Assembly: GCA_965277715.1 (NCBI GenBank)
Contig: OZ255836.1
Location: 3,789,254-3,853,253 of the forward strand
Length of the DNA: 64,000 bases
Direction of reading: 5' to 3'
Origin: Gammaproteobacteria bacterium
GTDB lineage: Bacteria; Pseudomonadota; Gammaproteobacteria; JBCCGL01
The position numbers and the translations under genes were made by a program. The first letter of the stretch is position 1, and each line of letters starts with the position of its first letter. Under the pieces are notes generated by a model. That model was not told the origin of the DNA. It saw only the letters and a program-made list of their open reading frames with translations, and made no database searches. Positions 9,414-18,084 of the stretch are shown in pieces.

Positions 9414-10319
9414 ATGAGTGACGGGCAGGGGCGAAAACGGATAATAACCACACTGATGTTTGCCGACATCTGTGCCAGTACACGCTTGTATGAAACACTG
9501 GGTGATGATCAGGCGCAGCGCAAGATCAGCGAGGCCATACAGGTTATCCGACGGGTGATCGAGGCCTATCAGGGGCAGGTCATAAAAGAAATTGGCGATG
9601 AGGTAATGGCCACTTTTCCCGGCGCGATAGATGCGCTGAATTGTGCAACCCAGTTCTCAGAGCCACTGGCCAGTATGGGCTTACAGCTAAAAATTGGCAT
9701 ACACAGTGGCGAGATGATCGAGCAGAATAACGATATGTTCGGTGATGTAGTCAACACAGCCGCACGCATTGTTTCGTTAGCCTCCCCTAAACAGATTTTA
9801 CTCTCCAGCAATACGGCTATCGAATTACCTGCCGAGGTTTTATCTTCATTGAGAAACCTGCCGCCCTTATCAGTCAAAGGAAAGTCCTCGCTCATCGAGC
9901 TTTATGAGCACATTGCGGGTGATGAAACTGACCTGACCATGGCCATTATGGGTGAGGAGTATGATGACCTGGTGAGCCATAACGTGGATAGTTTAACGCT
10001 GCGTTGGCCACATGGCAGTATGGTACTGAATCGTGAAACGACAGAATTAGTTATTGGCCGGGATCCCGCCCATTCCATTTGTCTGCTATCGCCAGTGGTA
10101 TCGCGTAGCCATGCATGTATTGAGCGCCAGGGTGATGATTGGTATATCAGTGATCAGAGTACCAACGGTACACTGGTGACGGAAGATGGCTATCAGCCAC
10201 ACCTGCTCAGGCGCGAGCGCCATCAGTTAAGAAAAGGCGGTACGCTGAACCTGACCCCGACTGACCCCGATAACAATGTCACCACGATTCACTACCAGTT
10301 AGGCGCAGAAACAGAGTAG
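9414..10319 (+). CDS. class III adenylate/guanylate cyclase catalytic domain fused to a C-terminal FHA domain
   Basis: CHD motifs FADICASTRLYE, EIGDEVMATF and VNTAARI. The FHA core is LVIGRDPAHSICL..VSRSHACIE..GDDWYISDQSTNGTLV. Confidence 0.75.
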   Translation: MSDGQGRKRIITTLMFADICASTRLYETLGDDQAQRKISEAIQVIRRVIEAYQGQVIKEIGDEVMATFPGAIDALNCATQFSEPLASMGLQLKIGIHSGEMIEQNNDMFGDVVNTAARIVSLASPKQILLSSNTAIELPAEVLSSLRNLPPLSVKGKSSLIELYEHIAGDETDLTMAIMGEEYDDLVSHNVDSLTLRWPHGSMVLNRETTELVIGRDPAHSICLLSPVVSRSHACIERQGDDWYISDQSTNGTLVTEDGYQPHLLRRERHQLRKGGTLNLTPTDPDNNVTTIHYQLGAETE

Positions 10320-10348
10320 CCCCCAACGACTCGTTCCTGGCGCCTTCT

Positions 10349-10894
10349 TCAGGGCGAGCCTGCATTATTAACCCGCAATAAATGAAATTGTACGCTGTCT
10401 GCCTCGGCCAGCTTATGTCCGTCTGCGTTTTCAATATGGGCTGCCAGTGTGTGTGTGCCGCGCGGTATATTGTTCAGTGGAATATGTGTGTTAACACCGC
10501 GTGCGATCTCCCGGCCATCCAGTGTAACGACTAGCAAGGTGTTTTTACCGTCAATTGCGGGTGCAAGCGATAAGGTGATGGTGAGGTTGCCCGCGTTATT
10601 GCGAATTGCCTGGTCGTGTTGTGGGTAGCTGAATGCCAGGGTATAAAGCGGCTCACTGGGCGGTGTTTTATTAACGGGGGCTTGCGTGTTGGCTGGGGGT
10701 GTGAATGCCGGTAGGGTGTTGATGGGGGGAAGTGCGATTTCCTCGTCATCTTTATCCAGAGGGGCATCAGAAAATACGGTGTTACCGTCGGCATCCAGTG
10801 ACTTGTAAATAGCCGAAGTGGCCGGTAATGATGTGATTGCCAAAGCCAATAAAAGGGTGGCGAGTGTTTTTCGTAATGGCATATAAAACCGCAT
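10349..10894 (-). CDS. secreted DUF4124-domain protein
   Basis: Signal peptide followed by IYKSLDADGNTVFSDAP, matching the DUF4124 consensus (YKWVDEnGvvhYSD), then a Pro-rich linker. Confidence 0.55.
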   Translation of the reverse strand: MRFYMPLRKTLATLLLALAITSLPATSAIYKSLDADGNTVFSDAPLDKDDEEIALPPINTLPAFTPPANTQAPVNKTPPSEPLYTLAFSYPQHDQAIRNNAGNLTITLSLAPAIDGKNTLLVVTLDGREIARGVNTHIPLNNIPRGTHTLAAHIENADGHKLAEADSVQFHLLRVNNAGSP

Positions 10895-10941
10895 ATGAAA
10901 ATAATAGCGTGTTGCGATTGATTGGCCAATTGTAATATCGA

Positions 10942-10969
10942 GGTTGGGGTGCGTTACTTCACCCCAACC
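10942..10969 (-). terminator. stem-loop (10-bp GC-rich stem, 8-nt loop) immediately 3' of glnA
   Basis: GGTTGGGGTG-cgttactt-CACCCCAACC. There is no clean U-tract, so this may be a partial terminator or an attenuator ahead of the DUF4124 gene. Confidence 0.4.
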
Positions 10970-10982
10970 GTATTAAAGCCGA

Positions 10983-12392
10983 CTACAAGCTGTAGTACAT
11001 ATCAAACTCGGCCGGATGGGTTGCCATGCGTATGCGGGTGACATCATGCATTTTCAGTGCGATATAGGCATCGATCATGTCGTCGGTAAATACGCTGCCC
11101 GCCTTCAGGAAGCCACGGTCTGCATCCAGTGCTTCCAGTGCCTGATCCAGTGAATAGCACACCTGTGGGATTTGTGCCTCTTCTTCAGGGGGGAGGTCGT
11201 ACAAATCCTTATCCATCGCATCGCCTGGGTGAATTTGGTTTTGAATGCCATCAAGCCCGGCCATCATCAATGAGGCAAAGGTAAAATAAGGGTTGCCGGT
11301 TGGGTCGGGGAAACGCACTTCGATGCGCCGCGCTTTAGGGCTTGCAACCCAGGGAATACGAATCGACGCCGAGCGGTTGCACGCTGAATAAGCCAGCATC
11401 ACAGGTGCTTCAAAGCCAGGCACCAGGCGCTTGTAACTATTGGTCGAGGCATTCGTAAACGCGTTGATTGCATGTGCATGTTTAATAATACCACCGATAT
11501 AAAATAAAGCGGTTTCAGAGAGACCGCCATACAAATCACCCGAGAATAGGTTTTCGCCGTTCTTTACCAGTGATTGGTGTACATGCATACCGCTGCCGTT
11601 GTCACCGACGATAGGTTTTGGCATAAAAGTGGCGGTTTTACCGTAAGCGTGCGCAACATTCTGGATCACGTATTTCATGATTTGGTTCTTATCGGCACGG
11701 CGTACCAGTGTATCGAATTTAGTGCCGATTTCGCATTGACCGGCGGTGCCCACTTCGTGGTGGTGGACCTCGACCTCGACACCCATTTCTTCCATCGTCA
11801 GGCACATTGCAGCGCGCAGATCGTGGAGTGAATCGACCGGTGGTACAGGAAAATACCCGCCTTTTACACCGGGTCGGTGGCCGGTATTGCCCTCATCGTA
11901 CCGCTTGCCGGTATTCCAGGCTGCTTCGCTGGAGTCGATGCTATAACCCGCGCCGCTGATGTCGTTGTTAAAACGCACATCATCAAATACAAAAAACTCA
12001 GGCTCCGGGCCAAAATAAGCTGCATCGGCAATACCCGTGGACTGCAAATACGCCTCGGCGCGCTTTGCCACAGTGCGGGGGGCGCGTTCGTAGCCCTGCA
12101 TGGTGCCAGGCTCGATAATGTCACAGCTAATGTTGAGCGTGGCCTCATCGGTAAACGGGTCGAGTACGGCGGTGTCGGTATCAGGCATCAGAATCATATC
12201 GGAGGCGTTAATCCCCTTCCAACCAGCGATTGACGAGCCATCGAACATTTTGCCGTCTTCAAATGTTGCATTGTCAACGGTACTGGCCGGAATCGATACG
12301 TGCTGTTCCTTACCAAGGGTGTCGGTAAAGCGGAAATCGACGAATTTAACATCGTGTTCCTGAAGGGTTTTAAGGACATCGTTGACGGACAT
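10983..12392 (-). CDS. glnA: glutamine synthetase type I
   Basis: 469 aa with full-length GSI similarity. It carries the adenylylation-loop Tyr region ...NLYDLPPEE... Confidence 0.95.
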   Translation of the reverse strand: MSVNDVLKTLQEHDVKFVDFRFTDTLGKEQHVSIPASTVDNATFEDGKMFDGSSIAGWKGINASDMILMPDTDTAVLDPFTDEATLNISCDIIEPGTMQGYERAPRTVAKRAEAYLQSTGIADAAYFGPEPEFFVFDDVRFNNDISGAGYSIDSSEAAWNTGKRYDEGNTGHRPGVKGGYFPVPPVDSLHDLRAAMCLTMEEMGVEVEVHHHEVGTAGQCEIGTKFDTLVRRADKNQIMKYVIQNVAHAYGKTATFMPKPIVGDNGSGMHVHQSLVKNGENLFSGDLYGGLSETALFYIGGIIKHAHAINAFTNASTNSYKRLVPGFEAPVMLAYSACNRSASIRIPWVASPKARRIEVRFPDPTGNPYFTFASLMMAGLDGIQNQIHPGDAMDKDLYDLPPEEEAQIPQVCYSLDQALEALDADRGFLKAGSVFTDDMIDAYIALKMHDVTRIRMATHPAEFDMYYSL

Positions 12393-12454
12393 AAGGTGGT
12401 TAGCTCCTGTTGTTTGATTGTTTGCCGTGTGGTCTTAGGGTTTTCGCCTAGTTG

Positions 12455-12473
12455 TTTAGCATCTACCGTGCCA
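12455..12473 (-). promoter_or_regulatory. sigma-54 (-24/-12) promoter for glnA, glnAp2-like
   Basis: The minus strand reads TGGCACGgtagATGCT, which fits TGGCACG-N4-TTGCW in 14 of 16 positions and lies about 65 bp upstream of the glnA ATG. Confidence 0.5.
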
Positions 12474-12523
12474 ATATATAAATTCATATAAATCAGATAG
12501 ATAGGGTGTGAGAGGTAATTGTT

Positions 12524-12540
12524 TGCACATTTTTTGTGCA
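12524..12540 (-). promoter_or_regulatory. NtrC enhancer-like dyad upstream of the glnA sigma-54 promoter
   Basis: TGCACAtttttTGTGCA is a 17-bp dyad with 2 mismatches to TGCACC-N5-GGTGCA. Confidence 0.35.
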
Positions 12541-12668
12541 TTCCTGATAAGGGGTGCACTATTATGGGGCGTGGTACTTTTAGGTTTCACTCGCTACGAG
12601 TACCTAAACCCGTCAATAGAAGGTAGACGGTGTACTTGATGTGGCTACACTAATTCGGACCTCTCACT

Positions 12669-13100
12669 TGAAGTAAACTGAGTTTACGCGAGGAAACGAA
12701 AATGAAAGAGAAGCAATCCTATACGGCTGATTTTAGAGAGTCAGCGGTTAAATTAGTCCTGAAAAACGACCAGCCTATAGCCGCGACCGCACGCGAACTG
12801 GAAGTAAACGAGAATACTTTGCATACCTGGATCAGCAAGTATAGCCAACCGAAAGCGGATGGCAGTGGCCACAGCGATGAGCACTTATATGATGAACTCA
12901 AACGGTTGAAAAAAGAAAACGCGCGTTTGAAAGAGGAACGCGACCTGTTAAAAAAGGCGGCCGCGTACTTTGCCAAGGAACAGGCGTGAAGTACGCCTGG
13001 ATACAGCAACATCAATCTGGCTATGGTGTTCGACCTCTTTGTCGCTTTATGGCGGTTTCCAGTAGCGGCTATTATGCGTGGTCAAAACAATGCACCACAG
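12669..13100 (+). mobile_element. IS3-family element, left part only. The IRL starts TGAAGTAAACTG, orfA is intact, the A6G slippery site is present, and orfB is truncated after about 45 codons.
   Basis: orfA at 12702-12989. The A-AAA-AAG frameshift heptamer sits at 12961-12967. The -1 frame continues as ...YGVRPLCRFMAVSSSGYYAWSKQ (IS3 OrfB N-terminus) and is then interrupted by the IS4-family insertion. Confidence 0.75.
12702..12989 (+). CDS. IS3 family transposase OrfA (HTH)
   Basis: MKEKQSYTADFRESAVKLVL...LKEERDLLKKAAAYFAKE, the characteristic IS3 OrfA with a leucine-zipper tail. Confidence 0.8.
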   Translation: MKEKQSYTADFRESAVKLVLKNDQPIAATARELEVNENTLHTWISKYSQPKADGSGHSDEHLYDELKRLKKENARLKEERDLLKKAAAYFAKEQA

Positions 13101-13117
13101 CACGCAATGGCACTAAG

Positions 13118-14200
13118 TTAAGCCGCTTTAGCTTGCCAATATTCAGTTTTTAAAACGTTCCGTGGTCGAGTCATTAATGCCTGTGGTTTAGGTCGCCTTT
13201 TTACCACTCTTGGTTCAAATCTAAAAGGTCGATGAAGCACACGATCATCCGCAATCGCTGCATATAAATAATCAAGATATTGCCGTCTTTTTTGTGCTGG
13301 ACTCTGCCCACTACCAAGTGATGAAGTGCTTTGTCGGAGTGTTTGCAAAACACCTTTAAGACTTAGCCGATCAACCGGTGTGTCATGTCGGCATGAAGCG
13401 ACACACATGATGTGCCTGATCGTGTTGTAAACAATCATGTGCATGATGATTTCCTTACGAACCATATCAGGTGTTTTACAGCGTAATATATCCATACCCA
13501 TGGTGGTTTTAATATTGCGAAAATACAGTTCCACATTCCAGCGCTGTGCATAGAGGTCGATAATTTCTATAGCGGGATATTGCTGAGCATCAAGTAGTGT
13601 CGTGATGATATAAAAATGGTTCGTCCTAAATCCTTTTCGTACAATACTGACGTGTATTTGTCGTAAAGTTAAGGTCTTTGGAAGGTCGCTATGCTGCTCT
13701 TTTGTGTAACGGGTCGCTTTTGTGTGTTTAGGTTTTTGCCATTCGATATGAAGGTCATTATCGGCTATCTTCTTTTTGGCCTGGGAGGCAGTGCTGGGCG
13801 TTCTCCGCGCCAATGTAACGACACTGTCAACCGTTCGTCGAGAGAGGCAGTCAATATCGTAGAAGCTGCAAAAACCTTTATCACCTAAGAAAATGTCACC
13901 TTCATTGAAGGTATCCCATTGTTCTTCTAAAAGTCTTAGCTCATGACTTTTTTTATTTCCTAGTGCATAGCTCAGAATTAAACCGCTATAAAGATTAAAA
14001 CAAGCTAAAAGCCGTGCTTGAGGAAATCCGCATCCCTGTTTTTGTGATTTCGGTTGTGGGTAAGTTTGTTGATTCGCGGGCGTATCGGGCATGGATAGGC
14101 CTGTCCCATCGGCAACGATAACCGGTCGACCTTGGAGCGCTTTGGGTTGAGGTGGCGATAATCGACACGTCCCTGAAAATACGTTTTTAAGATCGTCCAT
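13118..14200 (-). CDS. IS4 family transposase, C-terminal portion (DDE domain)
   Basis: IS4 InsG-like sequence IVADGTGLSMPDTP...YQRWNVELYFRNIKTTM. It lacks its own N-terminus. Confidence 0.8.
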   Translation of the reverse strand: MDDLKNVFSGTCRLSPPQPKALQGRPVIVADGTGLSMPDTPANQQTYPQPKSQKQGCGFPQARLLACFNLYSGLILSYALGNKKSHELRLLEEQWDTFNEGDIFLGDKGFCSFYDIDCLSRRTVDSVVTLARRTPSTASQAKKKIADNDLHIEWQKPKHTKATRYTKEQHSDLPKTLTLRQIHVSIVRKGFRTNHFYIITTLLDAQQYPAIEIIDLYAQRWNVELYFRNIKTTMGMDILRCKTPDMVRKEIIMHMIVYNTIRHIMCVASCRHDTPVDRLSLKGVLQTLRQSTSSLGSGQSPAQKRRQYLDYLYAAIADDRVLHRPFRFEPRVVKRRPKPQALMTRPRNVLKTEYWQAKAA

Positions 14201-15545
14201 GGGTAGTTTTTTAGGTTCTTCCCCGATTATTGTGAAGCCACTGGTTCCCTATCCAGCTTTCCGCAGTAAAACAAAATACTCCGCCGGTAACTTTCAAACG
14301 AACGAAACCCTCTTGCATTCGATTTGACTGTCTGAATTTTTGAATTCAAACCCTCTGATACGGCATTACTTATTGTGTGCTTAAACCATGTCAATATGTT
14401 CGGCATGTGCGTTTTTATCATCTTGGCCACTTTCTTTATGCTGTCCAATCGGCACCGAATTGCCCACGCATACCATGCGCTAAAGAAACGCTTTGCCCAA
14501 CCCGCTGTCTTATACGTCCAAAAATCACGAAACAGTTCTTTTATCGCCCAGGCTCGGGCTGTCAATAACTGATCATGCTTGAGTGACTCAAAGTGCTCGG
14601 CTGCTTTGTTAGACAAATTTTCTTCATTTTTTAACCAGTGATAACGACTCTTTTTCAATCGAGTATCACCCTGTGACAAAAGGTCTCTATGTTCGTCACG
14701 ACGGACCTGATCCACCGCCTTATTCAGGTGTTGGCTAATAGGAAAACGGTCGTGAACAATCGCACTGTCTGACAGTTTTACCTCAACGGCATTAATGAAC
14801 GCAGGCCACCTATCAATAGCGACAGCTTTCACCTGTTCTCGCTGGTTATCCGTCAGCGCAACCTCCAACGCCTCCTCACAAGCTGCCTGGGTGCGATCTT
14901 TCACTCCATCCAATACTCGCCCTCCATCGATATCATTGATGAGCGTCACATAGTCATGCCCTTTACGGTGGGACTTCTCATCAATACCCAGGTACTCAAT
15001 TGTCACCAATTCCCGACGCGAAAGTCCCCGTTCGACAGCGCGGGCTTTGATGGCTTCCACTGCGTTCCAGCTAAGTCCCAGTAACTTACGCGCCTCTTCG
15101 ACGCTACGTGAGGCTTGCAACACCCTGATGGAAAATAATTCAAACAACAACGTAAAACGACTGCGCTTGCTTGCCCAGGGTAACATCATACTTTTAACAC
15201 CATGCTCCAGACAATTTACTCGGGGAATGCGACTGTGTAGGCGCGTTTCAAACTGCATAATATCCAGGTGTCTCCAGGATCGCTCTTGTGAACGGTGATC
15301 ATAGAACGGACTCACTTCGCCACAGTGCGAGCAAGGGCCGTGGTTGCCGCTAAACGCCAACGAAATGGATACTTTTAACCCTGAAGGGTCTAAATCAACT
15401 GATGTCACTGACCAGTCATCTGTCAGGCATAGGAGCTGGCTGTAGTGTTCTTCAAGGCTCGATAGCACCGGAGTCTCTCAATAGCAAAGGAGGATGAAAT
15501 ACTATAACCTCACACAAACCGGGGAAGAACCGTTTTTTACGTGCT
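14201..15545 (-). mobile_element. ISL3-family insertion sequence, complete, about 1345 bp
   Basis: Imperfect terminal IRs share the core GGTTCTTCCCCG (14213-14225 and, inverted, 15523-15534). A single 413-aa transposase lies between them. Confidence 0.8.
14227..15468 (-). CDS. ISL3 family transposase
   Basis: 413 aa with an N-terminal zinc finger (CSHCGE...C) and a DDE_Tnp_ISL3 domain (...YLGIDEKSHRKGHDYVTLINDIDGGRVLD...). Confidence 0.9.
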   Translation of the reverse strand: MLSSLEEHYSQLLCLTDDWSVTSVDLDPSGLKVSISLAFSGNHGPCSHCGEVSPFYDHRSQERSWRHLDIMQFETRLHSRIPRVNCLEHGVKSMMLPWASKRSRFTLLFELFSIRVLQASRSVEEARKLLGLSWNAVEAIKARAVERGLSRRELVTIEYLGIDEKSHRKGHDYVTLINDIDGGRVLDGVKDRTQAACEEALEVALTDNQREQVKAVAIDRWPAFINAVEVKLSDSAIVHDRFPISQHLNKAVDQVRRDEHRDLLSQGDTRLKKSRYHWLKNEENLSNKAAEHFESLKHDQLLTARAWAIKELFRDFWTYKTAGWAKRFFSAWYAWAIRCRLDSIKKVAKMIKTHMPNILTWFKHTISNAVSEGLNSKIQTVKSNARGFRSFESYRRSILFYCGKLDREPVASQ

Positions 15546-15895
15546 TGGCAATAGGCGGAGGTGGATGATGAAGGTATGGGAATGCCTTGGTTGTGGGCGA
15601 CATTTTGCAGTTGTCTAACGACTTCTTTACAGCCACCATCGGCGTTCATTATTTGTGAAAAAAACAACCAGAAAGTATTTTCTTTACTGAAAATACGTCG
15701 ACGACTATTCACACCAAAATCATTCGGTTTAAGAATATTCGTGGGTATAATATCGCCAAGAAAAACAGGTAGTTCACTCAGTGATTTGTGACGTATTTTT
15801 GCTATCTTATCGTGCAAGATTTGAATGGCTGAACGGGGTGTTTTGCGGAGTGTTTGGATGTTGAATCCGGGTAGAAATAAGGTTGTATTTTTCAT
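15546..15895 (-). pseudogene. N-terminal fragment (about 115 aa) of the IS4-family transposase, separated from its C-terminus by ISL3
   Basis: ...LPVFLGDIIPTNILKPNDFGVNSRRRIFSKEN...AYCQARKK aligns to IS4 InsG residues about 40-130. The ORF then reads through into the ISL3 IR. Confidence 0.6.
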
Positions 15896-16016
15896 ACAAA
15901 ATTATAACATTTCAGCCTTTTTTATTGGGTTTATTACAGTTATTTTTTCGTTTATTTTACCCGCTAAAACCGCTTAACTTAGTGCCATTGGTCTATCACC
16001 CTTTTTGTCATAAAAA

Positions 16017-16080
16017 GAGGTTCCTCCCCGGTTTGTGTGAGGTTATAGTATTTCATCCCCCCTTTGCTATTGAGAGCATG
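16017..16080. repeat. second, inverted copy of the ISL3 right-end sequence (about 60 bp, roughly 90% identical to 15479-15540), a solo IR or remnant of another ISL3
   Basis: The reverse complement of 16017-16080 is CTCTCAATAGCAAAGGGGGGATGAAATACTATAACCTCACACAAACCGGGGAGGAACCTCTTTT, compared with 15479-15540 caatagcaaaggagg-atgaaatactataacctcacacaaaccggggaagaaccgtttttt. Confidence 0.55.
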
Positions 16081-16301
16081 GGTGTACCACTAGAATCCTA
16101 CCAGGAAGCTAATAACGCAATGAATAACACCTGAAAAGAGCCGCCATAAGCTACAAATAGTATTTTTTATAAAATTTGTACTGTTTTTTTTATAAACCGA
16201 TAACACGCTTTATAATTCATAAAATAAATAAAATTATCCAAAAAAACACTTGCATTCACCAGCAGAATTTTTTTTAAAATACCCATTTAATATCTGATTA
16301 A

Positions 16302-17615
16302 ATGGGCAAATTGAATATGAACGAAATGATGACCGTTGAAGAATATATCACCGAACACTGTAAAATAAGTATGGAAAAAGCAATTGCTGCTGAACGCTTC
16401 CCTTTATGGAAAAGATCATGCGATTCCATTGATGACGTAGCTTTTTCTCGACATGGGTTACTTCACTGTATAAGTCTTGTACATAGTGGTCGTCACTATC
16501 TACAGGTTACGGATGAAATATACGACGAGACAATTTGTCATTCAAGCTATTTTAACGCATTGAAGTCGACAAGACGGATGAAGATGATGCAAGCCATGGA
16601 AAAGCAAAGCTATCAACTGCAAAGTGAGAAATTATCTTCTTTGGACATTGATTATTTAAAACAATTTCCTGAACTTGAAGAATATCGAGTAGAAGCAGCT
16701 GATGGTCATTTTATACAGCATGCTTGTCACACAGAGAAAAATCGTCAGGGCAACGTCTTCGCAGCAGGCTTTATTCATGCCTTGAACCTCAGAAATGGAC
16801 TTCTAAGACCACTTTGTGTCGTGACTAACGGTACTGAACGGCACCAGGAAATACCCGCGTTACGTTCTTATATTGAACAACGTTGTGGCGAAAAAGAGAC
16901 TTGGCAAAAGCATCTCTATATATACGATAAGGCGGTGACTGATTATGCATGGTGGGAAAAGCAAAAACAGCATCAGAATTTTATGATTTCAGTACTCAAA
17001 GAAAATGCGGTTGCAACTTTTGTCAACTCTATACCCTATGACCAGGGTAGTGAAATTAATACAGGGGTTGAAGGCTATAGTGTATATAAAAATAAAAAGG
17101 TCCAATTTCATATTGTTAAATACCGCGACCCAGAAACAGGTCAATTACATCAATTTATTTCAACGCTACCAGAGTCAATTAACCCAGGCACTATTGCTAT
17201 GCTCTATTACAAGCGTTGGACGATAGAAAAATCATTCAACAATAGCAAAAGTGATTTCACCGAAAGAAAAGCCTGGTCTTCAAACCTGAATGCGCTGAAC
17301 AGTCAAATGCGTTTTACTGCCATGGCCTATAATATCATGCGTATTTTTGAAGAAATATCAAAAACAAAGAACCTGGAATGTATTCATCCATCTGATAAAA
17401 AATACACTAAAATGCTTGATAAGAGACAACAAATTGCCCAGAAAAAAGGCAGCTTTGTTAATCCATTGTTTTTTTACGCTAGAATTACCCGTATATGCTC
17501 ATTCACCATCCGCTCTCTGCAAAATGCAATAATGACAAGAAAGTCCCTTAGAACTATTATGCATAGCTTAGTGAGGCATTTAAAACCTCGACAGCCAGGA
17601 ATTTTGAAACACTGA
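16302..17615 (+). CDS. IS4-like DDE transposase (second, unrelated IS4-superfamily element; AT-rich)
   Basis: 437 aa with the C-terminal YYKRWTIEKSFNNSKSDF motif (Y-x2-R-W-x-IE-x2-F...K) of IS4/IS5-superfamily transposases. Element boundaries are estimated at 16100-17620. Confidence 0.75.
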   Translation: MGKLNMNEMMTVEEYITEHCKISMEKAIAAERFPLWKRSCDSIDDVAFSRHGLLHCISLVHSGRHYLQVTDEIYDETICHSSYFNALKSTRRMKMMQAMEKQSYQLQSEKLSSLDIDYLKQFPELEEYRVEAADGHFIQHACHTEKNRQGNVFAAGFIHALNLRNGLLRPLCVVTNGTERHQEIPALRSYIEQRCGEKETWQKHLYIYDKAVTDYAWWEKQKQHQNFMISVLKENAVATFVNSIPYDQGSEINTGVEGYSVYKNKKVQFHIVKYRDPETGQLHQFISTLPESINPGTIAMLYYKRWTIEKSFNNSKSDFTERKAWSSNLNALNSQMRFTAMAYNIMRIFEEISKTKNLECIHPSDKKYTKMLDKRQQIAQKKGSFVNPLFFYARITRICSFTIRSLQNAIMTRKSLRTIMHSLVRHLKPRQPGILKH

Positions 17616-17621
17616 TGTAAC

Positions 17622-17963
17622 TTAGTGCCATTGGGTGATAGCCACACCGTTAGTATTAACTAGGTTGGCGGTAATCGTTGTACTGGCCCCAGCTGCCAAA
17701 CTGGTTTGGGTTGCTGCCAGCGCGCCTGCAGTAAAGTCGGCACCTGAGCCATTACCGATTCGTAATGTGGTTGTCCCTGAGGTAGGTGTCCCTGCTACTA
17801 GGGTAGTTGATCCTGTGTTGTTATCACTGAATCCACCCGTGCCACCGCCGCCACCACAAGCAGTTAGGCATAACATCAAAAAAAACAGTGCGGTGTAACG
17901 CAAAGCAGCAGTGGTATCGGTCAATACGGTCTTCAGATTGACCTTGATTGGGTAGGTTATCAT
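17622..17963 (-). pseudogene. 5' fragment (113 aa) of a lipoprotein Ig-like adhesin, truncated by the IS4-like element
   Basis: Signal peptide plus lipobox (LTAC), a Gly/Thr linker, then the start of a Big-like repeat (TLRIGNGSGADFTAGALAATQTSLAAGASTTITANLVNTNGVAI). The ORF ends 6 bp from the IS4-like transposase stop. It is paralogous to the adhesin at 62005-63966. Confidence 0.6.
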
Positions 17964-18084
17964 AGATTTATATGCCTCTATAGCGAGCGCGTTCCTGAGT
18001 TTCCGTGCAGTGTGCCAGTTTTAATAATTAAAATGAAGTACTATTTATAGTCTATTGGTATTTATAGGTTTTTTTATATTTTTT

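Larger units (their letters stand above)
13090..15960 (-). mobile_element. IS4-family (IS4 group) element split into two parts by an ISL3 insertion
   Basis: The transposase C-terminal 360 aa (13118-14200) and the N-terminal fragment (15546-15895) are co-linear with E. coli IS4 InsG (...QARKK | DDLKNVF...). They are separated exactly by the 14201-15545 ISL3 element. The outer boundaries are approximate. Confidence 0.7.

Noticed and set aside
15883-16134. 83-aa ORF on the plus strand
   Set aside because: It reads across the IS4 end and the inverted ISL3-end copy. The PGLCEVIVFHPP peptide is just the translation of the ISL3 IR, and the same IR read in the other orientation appears at the tail of the 15452-15895 ORF.
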